A DNA stretch of 64,000 bases from Bdellovibrionota bacterium. GTDB taxonomy: Bacteria; Bdellovibrionota_C; UBA2361; JAAYZI01. Position 1 is the first letter of the stretch; each line of letters starts with the position of its first letter. Below, piece by piece: positions 62,596-64,000 of the stretch. The stretch is from positions 140-64,139 of the forward strand of contig JBMNIF010000001.1 of the NCBI GenBank assembly GCA_050950765.1. The letters are read 5' to 3'. The notes below the pieces were generated by a model that was not told the DNA's origin, searched no databases, and worked only from the letters and a program-made list of their open reading frames with translations. The position numbers and the translations under genes were made by a program.

Positions 62596-63648
62596 ATGGC
62601 AAGTTTTTTAAAATATCAAAAAAGAGTTAAGGAAGAAACTGTCGGCGCATTGTTGTTCTACGTTGCTGTAATAATGTTTACGGCTTTTCCTCTGCCTGGT
62701 TTAACCGTGTATTTCTTTGTAAGTTTTTATAATGAGGTCTACTTACGGAATGATAAAGCTAGCACTTCCGCACTTATGGATTATGTTGATCCAATAATGG
62801 TTCCTCTAGCTTGCATAATGGTACTATTAATCTGCGGCAGCACCCTTTATAAAATTTTTCAATTATCAAAAGGCGAGAGCATTGCTAAATTATTAGGTGG
62901 TGTTTTAATTCCGACAGATACGCAGGAACCGAAGTTTAAAAAGATTTTGAATATTGTAGAAGAGATCTCCGTTGTTTCAGGTATTAAGCCACTTCCTGTT
63001 TATTACCTTCCGAAAGAAGCTGGGATAAATACATTTTCTGCGGGATCCTCTATTGAAAATGGTGTCATTACAGTAACACAAGGGTGTATCGATAATCTAT
63101 CTCGTGATGAGTTGCAGGGGGTGATCGCACATGAATTCAGTCATATCTTTAATGGTGATATGCGTTTAAATGTTCTGTTGATAGGACTTGTTCACGGACT
63201 TGAGCTACCATTATATATGGGAGCGACATTACTTAAATCCGTGTGGAATCTAAATAAGCGCGTCAATAAAAAAGGAAGTATCGTAGTTGCTTTAATTATA
63301 ATCGTTGTTACAGGCGGCATCTTAGCGACAGGGGGAGCGTTAATCTATATTGGTCTTGGGAGCTACTTTTGTAGTTTACAAGCTAAAGCCGTTGTCACTA
63401 GGCATAAGGAGTTTTTAGCAGATGCTACCGCTGTGCAGTATACCAGAAACCCTGAAGGGATAGGGGGTGCCTTAAGAAAGATTATGCTTTCACCCGACGG
63501 ATCTAGAATTGAATCGCCTCACGCAAAGGAGATAAACCACATGTTCTTTGCAAACTATTCTAACGACCCTTACATAAGACATCGAGATTTTGCTACGCAT
63601 CCACCATTAAGAAAACGGCTTAAGAGGATATTTGAGGTAAGGTATTAA
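62596..63648 (+). CDS. HtpX-like M48 family zinc metallopeptidase, paralog 3 (intact)
   Basis: HEFSHIFNGD HExxH motif; closely similar to the disrupted paralog and to 47585-48583. Confidence 0.75.
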   Translation: MASFLKYQKRVKEETVGALLFYVAVIMFTAFPLPGLTVYFFVSFYNEVYLRNDKASTSALMDYVDPIMVPLACIMVLLICGSTLYKIFQLSKGESIAKLLGGVLIPTDTQEPKFKKILNIVEEISVVSGIKPLPVYYLPKEAGINTFSAGSSIENGVITVTQGCIDNLSRDELQGVIAHEFSHIFNGDMRLNVLLIGLVHGLELPLYMGATLLKSVWNLNKRVNKKGSIVVALIIIVVTGGILATGGALIYIGLGSYFCSLQAKAVVTRHKEFLADATAVQYTRNPEGIGGALRKIMLSPDGSRIESPHAKEINHMFFANYSNDPYIRHRDFATHPPLRKRLKRIFEVRY

Positions 63649-63769
63649 AACTTAAGATGACTCGTCACCATCCACCTATAAAGGTTCTATCTCAAGAAGA
63701 AACAGAAAACATTCAAGCTAAGAGAGAGCAAAAAAAAATTAAGTTGCAAAAGCCGAGTAAGCGGATGCG

Positions 63770-64000
63770 TTACTTCCAATAGTAGCGGTCTTCTTTTAAG
63801 CGAGATATCAACTTTTGCATTAATATATCCTCATCTTGTTCAGTTGGTGCTTGATACGTTACGGAGAACCTTAAATAAGCACCTGCATCATCCCAAGGCA
63901 CGGTACAGATAGATTTCTCTTTAATCCAATATTGAGAGAACTCTTCAGCAGAATTAAATACGCTACCACCTTCTATCCCTGACGGAGCTTTGCAATATAA
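63770..64000 (-). CDS. C-terminal fragment of a probable class I/II aminotransferase; the gene continues beyond the window edge
   Basis: Reverse translation ends ...AYLRFSVTYQAPTEQDEDILMQKLISRLKEDRYYWK*, resembling an aminotransferase C-terminus; weak. Confidence 0.3.
   Translation of the reverse strand, partial: LYCKAPSGIEGGSVFNSAEEFSQYWIKEKSICTVPWDDAGAYLRFSVTYQAPTEQDEDILMQKLISRLKEDRYYWK

Overview
The window is AT-rich (roughly 40% GC) bacterial chromosome with dense coding on both strands. It mixes housekeeping genes with what looks like an accessory region. The housekeeping genes include rsgA, ung, tRNA-Ala, glgX, glnS, gpmA, lgt, ridA, ribH, nusB, a fused folK-folP, rpsO-pnp and dut. One region encodes a flagellar-like / type III secretion export sub-cluster: a sigma-28-like factor, an SctJ/FliF-like lipoprotein ring, an SctQ/FliN (SpoA) protein, an FHIPEP FlhA/SctV gate and a TPR lipoprotein. 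An FHA protein, an ECF sigma factor and a second sigma-28-like factor lie next to it, and an orphan FliG lies elsewhere. That gene content is compatible with Chlamydiae-like lineages, but the phylum call is tentative. The 3' third (about 45-64 kb) looks accessory. It holds tandemly duplicated EamA transporters, one of which carries a C11 homopolymer. It holds four HtpX-like M48 peptidase paralogs; one is split by an IS carrying an IS4-superfamily DDE transposase, with 18-bp terminal inverted repeats and a 7-bp target-site duplication. It holds two inverted LemA paralogs and a methyltransferase broken at a T9 tract. A segment of about 6 kb is bounded by about 115-bp direct repeats. That segment carries two DUF4143 AAA ATPases, each behind a conserved 130-bp repeat-containing upstream element, an IS3 OrfA remnant and a stand-alone OLD/ABC-like ATPase, and is a candidate defence or mobile islet. 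Several intergenic regions carry tandem repeat arrays, including a dispersed family with ACAAC-N3-GTTGT inverted repeats. A pair of paralogous small-protein cassettes at 33.3-35.7 kb share a conserved, hairpin-containing 5' leader of about 300 nt. That leader is much better conserved than the proteins. All calls come from reading the sequence and the ORF track; no database search was possible.
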